The notes beneath the pieces are model-generated. The model saw nothing but the letters and a program-made list of their open reading frames with translations, searched no databases and was not told the DNA's origin. Shown here piece after piece: positions 13,501-25,850 of a stretch of 64,000 bases of DNA (positions are counted from its first letter, which is position 1; every line of letters starts with the position of its first letter). Made by a program: the position numbers and the translations under genes. The DNA is from the human T2T-CHM13v2.0 reference genome, Homo sapiens. The stretch lies in NCBI RefSeq assembly GCF_009914755.1, contig NC_060937.1. One strand, given 5' to 3'.

Positions 13501-16500
13501 TACATTTCTTTATATTCCATTGCATTCCATTGCATTGCATTTCATTCCATTTGAGTCCGTTCCATTCCATTCTTGTCCATTCCATTCCATTCCATTCCGT
13601 TGGAGTCCTTTCCATTCCATTTCATTTGAGTCCATTCCATTCCATTTCATTACATTCGTGTGGATTCCTCTCCATTCCATTCGAGTCCATTCCGTTTCAT
13701 TCGGGTGGATTCTTTTCCATTCCATTAGAGTCCATTCCATTACATTCCGTTCGAGTCCATTCCATTAGATTCCATTCCATTCCATTCCATTCGTGTCGAT
13801 TCCATTCCATTATATTCCATTCTAGTCCATTCCATTTCATTCCACTCGGGTCCATTCCATTCGATTCCATTCCATTGGAGTCCATTGCATTCCATTCCAT
13901 TCCATTCCATTCCATTCCATTGGTTTCCATTCCATTCCATTCCATTCCATTCGTGTGAATTTCATGCAATTATTTTCGAGTCCATTCCATTCCATTCCAT
14001 TCTGTTCCATTCGCATCCTCTTCATTCCCTTCCATTCTATTCTACTCTTGTCGTTTCCATTCTATTCCACTACATTTCAATCCATTCCATTCCATTAGTG
14101 TCCATTCCTTCCATTCAATTCCATTCCTTTCTTTTACATTCCATTCCATTCGATTCCACTCCCTTCCATTCCATTCAATTCCGTTTCACTCCATTACATT
14201 CCATTCAAGTCCATTCCATCGCATTCGATTCCATACCGTTCCATTTCATTCCATTTTGGTCCTTTCCAATCCCTTCCATTCGAGTTCATTTCATTCCATT
14301 CCATTCCAGTCCATTCCATTCCATTTCTTTTAAGTCTATTCCATTCCATTCCATTCCATTCCATTCCATTCCATTCCATTCCATTTCATTCCATGCCATT
14401 CGAGTCTTTTTCATTTCAATCCACCGGAGTCCATTCCATTCCATTGCTGTCCATTCCATTCCATTCCATTAGACTCCATTCCATTCCTTATGAGTGCATT
14501 CCTTTCCATTCTATTCCACTGAAGTCGATTCCATTCAATTCCCTTCCATTCCATTCCATTGCATTCATTTCCATTCCTTTTGAGTCCATTCCATTCCAGT
14601 CCAATCTATTTGAGTAAATTTCGTTCCGTTAACTTGCATTCCATTCGAGTCCATTCCATTCCGTTACATTCCATTATATTCGAGTTCATTCAATTCCGTT
14701 CCTTTCCATTTAACTCCATTCCACTCCGTTCCATTTGAGTCCACTCCATTCCTCTCAATTCCATTCGAGTACATTCCATTCTATTCCTTTCGAATCCATT
14801 GTATTACATTCCATTCCATTCGATCCAATTCAATGCCATCCATTCCTTTCCATTCGAGTCCATTCCATTCCATTCCATTGGAGTCCATTCCATTTCATTC
14901 CATTCCATTCCAGCCCAAGATGTTCCAACCCTTTCCATTCGAGTCCACTCTATTGCATTCCATTCCATTCGCGTACATTCCGTCCTGTTCCATTCGAGTC
15001 TGTTCCATTCCATTTCATTGGATTCCAATCCATTAGAGTCCATTACTTTAAATTCCATGCAATTCCACTCGATTCCTTTCCAATACATTTAATTCAAGTC
15101 CATTCCATTCAAACCCTTTCCATTCCAGTCCATTCTATTCCATTCCATTCTTTTCCATTCCATTCCATTCTATTCCATTTGAGCCGATTCCATTCCATTG
15201 CATTTAATTCGAGTCAATTCCATTCCATTCCATTCCATTTAGGTCCAGTCCCTTCAATTCCATTCGAGTCAATTCCATTCCATTCCATTCGAGTATATTC
15301 CTTTGCATTCTATTCCATTTGAGTCCATTCCTTTCCATTCCATTCGAGTCCATTCCATTCTATTTGACTCAGGTACATTGATTACATTCCATTCCTTTCG
15401 AATATATTCCATTCTATTCCTTTCAAGTCTATTCCATTCCATTTCATTAGATTCCATTTCATTAAATTCCATTTTAATCTATTCGAGATCATTCCATTCC
15501 ATTCCGTTCCCTTCATGTCCATTCCATTCTATTCGAGTCCATTCCATTCCATTCCTTTCGAGTCCAATCCAGTACATTACATTCTCTTCCATTCAAGTCC
15601 ATTCCATTGCATACCATTCCATTCCATTCCATTCCATTCCATCCCATTCCATTAGGGTGAATTCCTTTCCATTCGATTCGGGTCCATTCCATTCCATTAC
15701 ATTACATTAACTTGTAATCTATTAAATTCCATGCCATAGCATTAGAGTACATTCCATTCCATTCCTTTCCATTTCATTCAATTCCATTTCATTCCATTCG
15801 AGTCCATTTCATTCCATTACATTCCATTCCATTCGAGTCCATTCCATACCATTACATTCCGTTGGACTTGAATCCATTAAATTCCTTTTGATTCCATTCG
15901 AATCCATTCCACTCCAACCCATTCGATTCTATTTGATTCCATTCCATTCCACTCCAGTCCTTTCCATTCCATTCGAGTCCATTTCATTCCGTAACATTCA
16001 AATCCAATGCATTCCTTTCCATTGTATACCATGACATTCCATTCGAGTCCATTTCAATCTATTCTATTGAATTCGAGTCCATTGCATTTCATTCCACATG
16101 AGTCCATTCCACTCCATTCCACTCGAGTCCATTTCATTCCTTTCCATTCAATTGGAGTTCATTCCATTCCATTTGAGTCCATTCCTTTCCAGTCCATTCG
16201 ATTCGATTGCATTCTATTCCATTCAGCTCCATTCCATTCCATTCCACTCCATTCCATTCCATTCCACTCCATTCCATTCTGTTCAATTCCATTCCATTCC
16301 ACTGCACTCCATTCCATTCCATTCCATTTCATTCGTGTCCATTTCATTCGTGTCTTTTCCATTCCATTCCACCTGAGTCCATTCCTTTCCATTCAATTCC
16401 ATTCGAATCCCTTCCTTTCCTTTCCATTAAAGTCCATTACATTAGATGCTAATCCTTTAAATGCCATTCTACTCCTTTCGAGTCCATTCCATTCCATTGC

Positions 16501-17339
16501 ATTTGAGTCCATTCCATTCCATTCAATTCTATTACAATCCAGTCCATTCCTTTGTATTCCATGCCTATCCATTCCATTCCATTCCATTCGTTTCAATTCC
16601 ATTCCATTCCATTGGAGTCCATTCCATTCCATTCGAGTCTGTTCCATTCCATTGCTTTTCATTCCAATACATTCCACTGCATTTCATTTCATTCGAGTGC
16701 ATTCCATTCCAATACACTCGAGTCAATTACATTCCATTCCATTTCATTTGGGTCCATTCATTTCATTCATGTCCATTCCATTCTATTTCATTCCTTTCAA
16801 GTCCTTTTCATTCCATTCCATTCCATTCAATTCCACTCCTTTCCATTCCATTAAATTGCATTCCATTCCTTTCCATTTCTTTCAGGTCCTTTCAATTCAG
16901 CTGCATTCCATTCGAGTCCATTCCATTCCATTCAATCCCATTCGAGTCCATTCCATTAAATTCCGTTCCATTCCATTCCATTCCATTCCTTTCCATTCAG
17001 TTCCATTCGGATCAATTCCATGCCATTCCATTCGAGTCCATTCCAATCCATTCCATTCCATTCCGTTCCATTCGAGTCCATTCCATTCCATTCAATTCCA
17101 CTCCATTTGAATCCATTCCATTCCATTCGAGTCCATTCCTTTCCATTCCATTCCATTCGAGTCCACTCCATTCCATTCCATTCCATTCCACACGAGTCCT
17201 CTCCATTCTATTCCACTCCATTTCAATCCATTCCATTCCATTCGAGTGCATTCCTTTCTATTCCATTCCATTCTATTACATTCCATTCCATTCGAGTCCA
17301 TTCCCTTCCATTCCATTCAATTCCATTCCACTCCATTCC

Positions 17340-19730
17340 ATTCCATTCAAGTCCATTCCATCCCATTTGATTCCATTCAATTCCATTCCATTCCATTTGT
17401 GTTCTTTCCATTCCTTTCCATTCGAGTTATTTCCATTTTAATCGAGTCCATTCCATTCCATTCCTTTCGAGTCTTTTCCATTCCATTCCATTGGATTCCA
17501 TTCCATTTTATTCCATTCTTTTCGAGTCCTTTCCATTTGATTCCATTCGAGTCCATTCCATTCCATTCCAATCCATTCGTGTCCATTCCATTTCATTGAA
17601 TTCAAATCTATTCCATTTCATTCCAATCATTTCGAGTCCATCCCATTTCATTGAATTCGAATCTATTCCATTTCATTCCAATCATTTCGAGTCCATTCCA
17701 TTGCACTGTAGACAATTCCTTTCCAATCCATTCCATTCCTTTCCATTCCATTCGATTCAATTCCATTCCATTCCATTCTATTCCATTCCATTCCAAACCA
17801 TTACATTCCTTTCTAGTCCATTCCATTCCATTCCACTCCATTTTAGTAAATTTCATTTCATTAACTTCCATTCCATTCTAGTCCATTCCATTCCGTTACA
17901 TTTCATTCCATTTGAGTCCATTCAATTCCATTCCATTCCATTCCAATTGATTCCATTCCAATCCGTACCATTCGAGTCCACTCTTTTCCTCACCATTCCA
18001 TTTGAGTACGTTTCCTTCTATTCCATTGGAACCCATTGCATTACATTCCATTCCATTCGAACGAATTCATTTCCATTCCATTCCATTCTGTTCGATTCCA
18101 TTCCATTCCATTCGAGTCTATTCCATTCCAATCCATTTGAGTGAATTCCTTTTCATTCCATTCCATTCGTGTCCATTCCGTTCCAAACCTTTCCATTCGA
18201 GTCCATTCCATTGCATTCCATTCCATTTGAATACATCCTATTCTATTCCATTCGTTTCCATTCCATTCCATTTCACTGGACTCCATTCCATTAGAGTCCA
18301 TTCCATTAAATTTCATTATATTCCATTCGAGTCATTTCCTTTCCGTTGTAGTCCATTCCATTCCATTCGAGTCCATTTCACTCCTTTCCATTCCTGTCCA
18401 TTCCTTTCCATTCCATTCCATTCCATTCCATTCCATTCCATGCTATTCCATTTGAGTCCATTAAATTCCAAGCCATTCAAATCCATTCCATTCAAACCCA
18501 TTACATTCCAGTCCATTCTATTTCATTCCATTAGAATCCAATCCATTCCATTCCATTCCATTCAAGTCCATTCCGTCCCATTTGATTACATTCAATTCCA
18601 TTCCATTCCATTTGTGTTCTTTCCATTCCATTCCATTCGAGTTCTTTCCATTTTAATCGAGTCCATTCCATTCCCTTCCTTTCGAGTCTTTTCCATTCCA
18701 TTCCATTGGATTCCATTCCATTTTATTCCATTCCTTTCGAGTCCTTTCCATTTGATTCCATTCGAGTCCATTCCATTCTATTCCAATCCATTCGTGTCCG
18801 TTCCATTTCATTGAATTCGAATCTATTCTATTTCATTCCAATCATTTTGAGTCCATTCCATTCCATTTCATTCCACTGTAGACAGTTCCTTTCCTTTCCA
18901 TTCCATTCCTTTCGATTCGATTCCATTCCATTCCATTCTATTCCATTCCATTCCAAACCATTCCATTCCTTTCTAGTCCATTCCATTCCATTCCACTCCA
19001 TTTTAGTAAATTTCATTTCATTAACTTCCATTCCATTCTAGTCCATTCTATTCCGTTACATTTCATTCCATTTGAGTCCATTCAATTCCATTCAATTCCA
19101 TTCCAATTGATTCCATTCCAATCCGTACCATTCGAGTCCACTCCATTCCTCACCATTCCGTTTGAGTATGTTTCCTTCTATTCCATTAGAACCCATTGCA
19201 TTACATTCCATTCCGTTCAAGCGAGTTCATTTCCATTCCATTACATTCCGTTCGATTCCATTCCATTCCATTCGAGTCCATTCCATTCCAATCTATCTGA
19301 GTGAATTCCTTTTCATTCCATTCCATTCGTGTCCATTCCGTTCCAAACCTTTCCATTCGAGTCCATTCCATTGCATTCCACTCCATTCGAGTACATCCTA
19401 TTCTATTCCATTCGTTTCCATTCCATTCCATTTCATTGGACTCCATTCCATTAGAGTCCATTCCATTAAATTCCATTATATTCCATTCGAGTCATTTCCT
19501 TTCTGTTGTATCCCATTCCATTCCATTCGAGTCCATTTCACTCCTTTCCATTCCTGTCCATTCCTTTCCATTCCAGTCCATTCCATTCCGTTGCTTTCAA
19601 GTCCATTCCATTCCATGCTATTGCATTTGAGTCCATTAAATTCCAAACCATTCAAATCCATTCCATTCAAACCCATTACATTCCAGTCCACTTTATTTCA
19701 TTCCATTAGAATCCAATCCATTCCATTCCA
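17340..19730 (+). repeat. Tandem duplication, unit ~1.2 kb (~17340-18555 and ~18556-19730)
   Basis: Collinear rare variants: TTTGTGTTCTTT ~17396/18611, CACTGTAGACA ~17704/18874, TTTTAGTAAATTTCATTTCATTAACTT 17841/19001, ATCCGTACCA 17961/19121, TTAGAATCCAATCC 18531/19706. Confidence 0.95.
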
Positions 19731-20519
19731 TTCCATTCCCTTCCATTCCATTCGATTCCATTCCATTCGAGTCCATTCCATTCCATTCCATTCCATTGCA
19801 TTGCATTGCATTCCATTCCATTCTATTTCTTTCGCGTCCATTCCATTCCATTCAATTCCATTTCATTCAGGTCCATTCCACTGCATTCTATTCGAGGTCA
19901 TTCCAATGCATTTCATTTGATTTGTGTCCATTCAATTGTATTTCATTATATTCCACTAGAGGCGATTCCTTTCCGTTCCGTTCCATTCCATTCGAGTCCA
20001 TTCCATTTCATTTGAGTCCATGCCATTAAATTCCATTCCAGTCCATTCCATTCCATTCATTTCAATTTCATTCCTTTCCATTCCTTTCGGGTCCATTGAA
20101 TTCACTTGCATTCCATTCGTGTACATTCCATTCCATTCCATTCCATTCCTTTACAATTCATTCGTGTCAATTCCATTCCATTTCATTCCATTCGAGTGCA
20201 TTTGCATTTTTTTTCCATTACATTCCATTCTATTTGAGTCCATTCCATTCTGATACATTCCATTCCATTCGAGTCCTCTCAATTCCGTTCCATTCCTTTC
20301 CAGTCCATTTCATTCCAGTCCATTCCATTCCATGCTATTCCATTTGAGTCCATACCATTCCTTTCAATTCGAATCCATTCCATTCAAACCCATTCCATTC
20401 CAATACATTCCATTCCATTCCATACGAATCCATTCCATTCCTATCCAAACCACTCTACTCCAATCCATTCCATTCCTTTCCATTTGTGTCCAATCAATTC
20501 CATTCCATTCCATTCCATT

Positions 20520-21110
20520 CCATTCCATTATACTCGTGTCCATCCCATTCAATTCCATTCGGGTCCATTCCATTCCTTTCCATTGGAATCCATTCCATTG
20601 CATTCCATTCTTCTCTTTTTGAGTCCATGCAATCCCATTCCATTCCACTCAAGTCCATTCAATTCCATTAAGTTCCATTCATGTCCGTTCCATTCAATTC
20701 CATTCAAGTCAATTCCATTCCAATCCTCTCAGGTCCATTCCATTGCATTCAATTCCATTCGAGTCCATTCCATTCCATTCCATTCGTCTCCATTCCATTG
20801 AATTATATTCCATTCCTTTCGAGTCCATGCAATTCCATTTCATTCCATTCGAGTTCATTCCATTCCATTCCATTTGAGTCCTTTCCATTGAGTTCCATTC
20901 CATTCGAGTCCATTCCATTCTATTCCATTCGAGTCCATTCCTTTCTATTCCATTAGAATCCATTCCATTAAATTCCATTGTATTACATTCGAGTTCATTC
21001 CATCCCATTCCGTTCCATTCATGTCCATTCCATTCGAGTCCTTTCTATTCCATTCCTTTTGAGTCCTTTCCATTCCATTCCTTTCTATTACCTTAGAGTG
21101 CATTCCATTC
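20520..21110 (+). repeat. Dispersed ~600-bp duplicate, copy A
   Basis: TTATACTCGTGTC (20528), TTTTTGAGTCCATGCAATC, CATTAAGTTCCATTCATGTC, CTCAGGTCC and TTACCTTAGAG (21088) are collinear with the copy at 25255-25850. Confidence 0.9.
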
Positions 21111-21130
21111 CATTCCATTCCATTCGAGTC

Positions 21131-21295
21131 CATTCCATTCCATTCCATCCCATTCGTGTCCATTCCATTCCATTCCATTTGCGTCCATTCCATTCCTTTC
21201 CATTCCATTCCATTCCATTCCATCCCATTCGTGTCCATTCCATTCCATTCCATTTGCGTCCATTCCATTCCTTTCCATTCCATTCCATTCCATTC
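21131..21295 (+). repeat. Exact 75-bp tandem duplication
   Basis: CATCCCATTCGTGTC at 21146 and 21221; GCGTC at 21181 and 21256. Confidence 0.9.
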
Positions 21296-21328
21296 GTGTC
21301 CATTCGTGTCCATTCCATTCCATGTAAA

Positions 21329-21336
21329 TGACGTCA
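21329..21336. promoter_or_regulatory. Perfect CRE-consensus palindrome TGACGTCA (motif match only; function unknown)
   Basis: The sequence catgtaaaTGACGTCAattc lies at 21321-21340. TGACGTCA is the established CREB/ATF consensus. There is no promoter context. Confidence 0.2.
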
Positions 21337-24300
21337 ATTCCATTCCATTACATTCCATTCCATTGCATTCCATTCGAGTCCACTCCACTGCATTCCATTT
21401 CATTCGAGTCCATTCTATTCCATTCCATTCCACTCGAGTCGATTCCATTTGATTCCATTCCATTCAAGTCCATTGCATTTCATTTGATTCCATTCCATTC
21501 CATTCCGTTTGAGTTCATTCAATTCCATTCCATTCCATTCCATTTCATTCCATTCCATTCCTTTCATATCCAATCAATTCAACTACATTCCATTTGAGTC
21601 CATTCCATTCAATTCCTTTCCATTCCTTTGTAGTCCATTCCGTTGCTTTCCATTCGAATCCATTCCTTTCCATTAGTTTCGATTCCATTCCATTGCATAC
21701 GAGTCCATTCCATTCCATGATATTCCATTTGAGTCCATTCCATTCAAATGTATTGCATTCAAAACCATTCCATTCCAGTAAATTCCATTCCATTCCATTC
21801 GAAATCATTGCATTCTATTCCATTCCATTCGACTCCAACCCATTTCATTCGAGTCTATTCCTTTCCAATCTATTTCACTCGATTCTGTTCCGTTTAATTC
21901 CATTCGAGTCATTCGCATTCAAATGCATTCAAGTGCATTCCATTGCATTCCATTCCACTGAAGTCCATTAGTTTCCATTCAACTCGAGTCCTTTCCGTTG
22001 CATTCCGTTCCATTCCTTTCGAGTCCATTCCATTCCATTAAATTCCATTCGAGTCTTTTCCATTCCGTTCCATTCGAGTTTTTTCCATTGCATTCCATTT
22101 CATTCGAGTCCACTCCGTTCTATTCCATTCGAGTACGTTCCGTTCCATTCCATTAGAATCCATTCAATTAAATTCCTTTGTATTCCATTGATGTCCATTT
22201 CATTCCATTCCATTCCATTCGTGTTCATTCCATTCCATTCCAGTCCATTCCATTCCATGGCTTTCTTTCGAGTCCATTCCATTCCAATCCATTCGACTCC
22301 ATTCCATTCCATTCCATTCCATTCCATTCCATTCCATCCCTTTCAGGTCCATTCAATTCAACTGCATTCCATTCGAGTCCATTCCACTCAATTCCTTTCC
22401 ATTCCATTCAACTCCAGTGCATTCCATTCCATTCCATTCCATTCCATTCCATTCCATTCCATTCCATTCCATTCCATTTGAGTCAACTCCATTCCATTCC
22501 ATTCAAGTCCATTTCAATGCATTCCATTCCATTTGAGTCCATTCCATTCAATTCAATTCCATTTGAGGCCATTCTATTACATTCCCTTCTATTCTTTTCG
22601 AGTCCATTCCTTTGCATTCCATTCGAGTCCATTCATTTACATTCCCTTCCATTCTTTTTGAGTCCATTGAATGCCATTCCATTGCATTCGAGTTCTTTCA
22701 ATTCCTATACATTCGAGTCTATTCCATTGCATTCCATTCCATTCGAGTCCATTCCATTCTATTCCTTTCGAGCCCAGTCCATTCCATTCCTTTACAATCC
22801 CTTCCATTAAATTCTAATGTATTCCATTTGAGTCCATTCCATTCCATTGCATTTTAATTGTATCCATTCCATTTCATTCGTGTCCATTCCATTCCATTCC
22901 TTTTGAGTCTAGTCCATTTCATTCCCTTCTATTCCATTAGGGTCCATTCCACTCCATTGCATTGCATTTGAGTCTATTCCATTCAATTCCATTGCATTCG
23001 ATTCCGTTCCATTCCATTCTATTCCATTCCATTCCATTCCATTCCTTTCCATTCCATTCCTTTCCATTCCATTCTATTCCTTTCGGGACGATTCCGTTGA
23101 CTTCCGTTCGATTCCATTCCACTGCATTCCATTTCATTCGATTCCATTCCATCCCACTCAGGTCGATTCCATTCCACTCCATTCCATTCAAGTCCATTCC
23201 ATTTTATTCTAATCCATTCCATTCCATTCCAGACGAGGCCATTCCATTTTATTCCTCTCCATTCCATTCCATTCCATTCCTTCGGGTCCATTCAACTCAA
23301 CTGCATTCCCCTCGAGTCCATTCCATTCCATTCCATTCCATTCCAATCCATTCCATTCCAATCCTTCTGGTCCATCCAATTCAACTGCATTCCCCTGGAG
23401 TCCATTCCATTCCATTTCATTCCATTCCATTCAAGTCCATTCCATTCCATTCAGTTCAAGTCCATTTCATTACATTACATTACATTCGAGTCCATTCTAT
23501 TCCATTACATTATATTCAATTCGAATAAATTCCATTCCATTCAAGTCCATTACACTCCATTTTGTTCAAGTCCAATCCATTCCTAACGAGTCCATTCCAT
23601 TGCATTGCATTCGAGTCTGTTCCATTCCATGCTATTCCATTAGATTCCATTCCTTTCCATGCCATTCGAGTCCTTTCCATTCAAACCAATTCCATTCCAG
23701 TACATTCCATTCCATTCCATTCCATTCGTCTCCATTATATTGTATTCCATTTTGCTGCATTCCATTCCACTACATTCATGTCCATTCCATTCTATTTCAT
23801 TCGAGTCCATTCCATTCCATTCCATTTGAGTCCACTCCATTCCATTCCATTCCATTCCATTCCATTCTGGGCCATTCAGTTTCATTCGATTCCATTCGAT
23901 TCCATTCGATTCCATTGCATTGCATTCCATTCCATTCCATTCCTTTCTAGTCCATTTCTTTCCATTCCATTCCATTCCATTCCATTCCATTCCATTCCAT
24001 TCCATTCCATTCGAATCCATTCCATTCCATTCCATTCGGTTCAATTCCATTCCATTCCATTCGCATCCATTCAATTCCATTCCATTAAATTCGAGTACAT
24101 TCCATTCCATTCCATTCCTCTGTAGTCGATTCCATTCCATTCCATTCCATTCACGTGCATTCCATTCCATTCGAGTTCATTCCATTCCATTCGAGTCCTT
24201 TCCATTCCGTTCCATTCCATTCACGTAAATTCAGTGCCATTCCAGGCGAGTCCATTCCATTCCATTCAAGTCGATTCCACTCCATTCAAACCCATTCCAT

Positions 24301-25254
24301 TACTGTCCATTCAATTCCATTCCATTCTTTTCATTTCATTTCTTTCCATTCCATTCCATTCCATTTGAGCCCAATTCATTCTTTTCTTTCAATTCGACTC
24401 CATTCCATTCCATTCCATTCCATTTCTTTAAGGTCCATTCCCTTCAATTCCAATCGACTCAATTCCATTCCATTCCTTTCGAGTTCATTCCATTGCATTC
24501 CATTGCATTCAAGTCCATTCCTTCCAATCCATTCCATTCCATTTTATTGCATCCCACTCCTTTTGAGTCCATTCATTTCCAATCAATTCCTTTCGAGTCC
24601 TTTCCTTTCTATTCGACTCGAGTCCAATGATTACATACCATTCCATTCAATTCTATTCCATTATATTCCATTCAAGTCCATTCCATTCAATTCCATTAGA
24701 GTCCATTGCATTAAATTCCGTTGTGTTTCATTCGAGATAATTCCATTCCATTCTGTTCCATTCATGTCCATTCCATTCCATTCCATTCCATTCCATTCCA
24801 TTCCATTCCTTTCCATGCCATTCCATTCTTTTCGATTCCAATCCATTCCATTCCATTCTATTCCATTCAAGTCCATTCCATTGCATACCATTCCATTCCA
24901 TTCAATTGCATTCCATTGCACTCCATTCCATTCCATTCCATTCTGGTGAATTCCTTTCCATTCCATTCGAGTCCATTCTATTCCATTTCATTCCATTCCA
25001 GTACATTCCATTCCGTTCCACTCGAGTCCATTCCATTCCATTCCGTTCCGTTCCGTTCCATTCCATTCCATTCCATTAAATTCCGTTCCTTTCCATTCCA
25101 TTCCATTCCATTAAATTCCATTCCATTCCATTCCATTCCTTTCCATTGAATTCCATTCCGTTCCTCTCAATTCTTGACAATTCCATACCTTTCTATGCGA
25201 GTCCATTCCAATAACTTCCATTCTGTTCGAGTCCATTCCATTCCATTCCATTCC

Positions 25255-25850
25255 ATTGTATTATACTCGTGTCTGTCCCACTCAATTCCATTCAGGTCCA
25301 TTCCATTCCTTTCAATTCGAATCCATTCCATTGCATTCCATTCCACTCTTTTTGAGTCCATGCAATCTCATTCCATTCCATTCAAGTCCATTCAATTCCA
25401 TTAAGTTCCATTCATGTCAGTTCCATTCAATTCCATTCAAGTCAATTTCATTGCAGTCATCTCAGGTCCATTCCATTGCATTCAATTGCATTCGAGTAAA
25501 TTCCTTTCCATTCCATTCAACTCCATTCCATTGAATTCTATTCCATTCCTTTCAAGTTCATGCAATTCCATTTCATTCCATTCGAGTCCATTCCATTCCA
25601 TTCCATTTGAGTCCTTTCCATTGAGTTCCATTCCATTCGAGTCCATTCCATTGTATTCCATTCGAGTCCATTCCTTTCCATTCCATTAGTATCCATTCCA
25701 TTAAATTCCATTGTATTCCATTCGAGTTCATTCCATTCCATTCCGTTGCATTTGTGTCCTTTCCATTCCATTCCATTCGTGTCCCTTCCATTCCATTCCT
25801 TTTGAGTCCTTTCCATTCCATTCCATTCTATTACCTTAGAGTCCATTCCA
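25255..25850 (+). repeat. Dispersed ~600-bp duplicate, copy B (offset ~4.73 kb)
   Basis: TTATACTCGTGTC at 25261 and TTACCTTAGAG at 25831. ORF-track entries at 20681 and 25414 give near-identical translations (MSVPFNSIQVN...). Confidence 0.9.

Noticed and set aside
24615-24624. 10-bp palindrome GACTCGAGTC as a hairpin, terminator or operator
   Set aside because: It arises from one substitution in adjacent satellite words and is too short to be meaningful without context.
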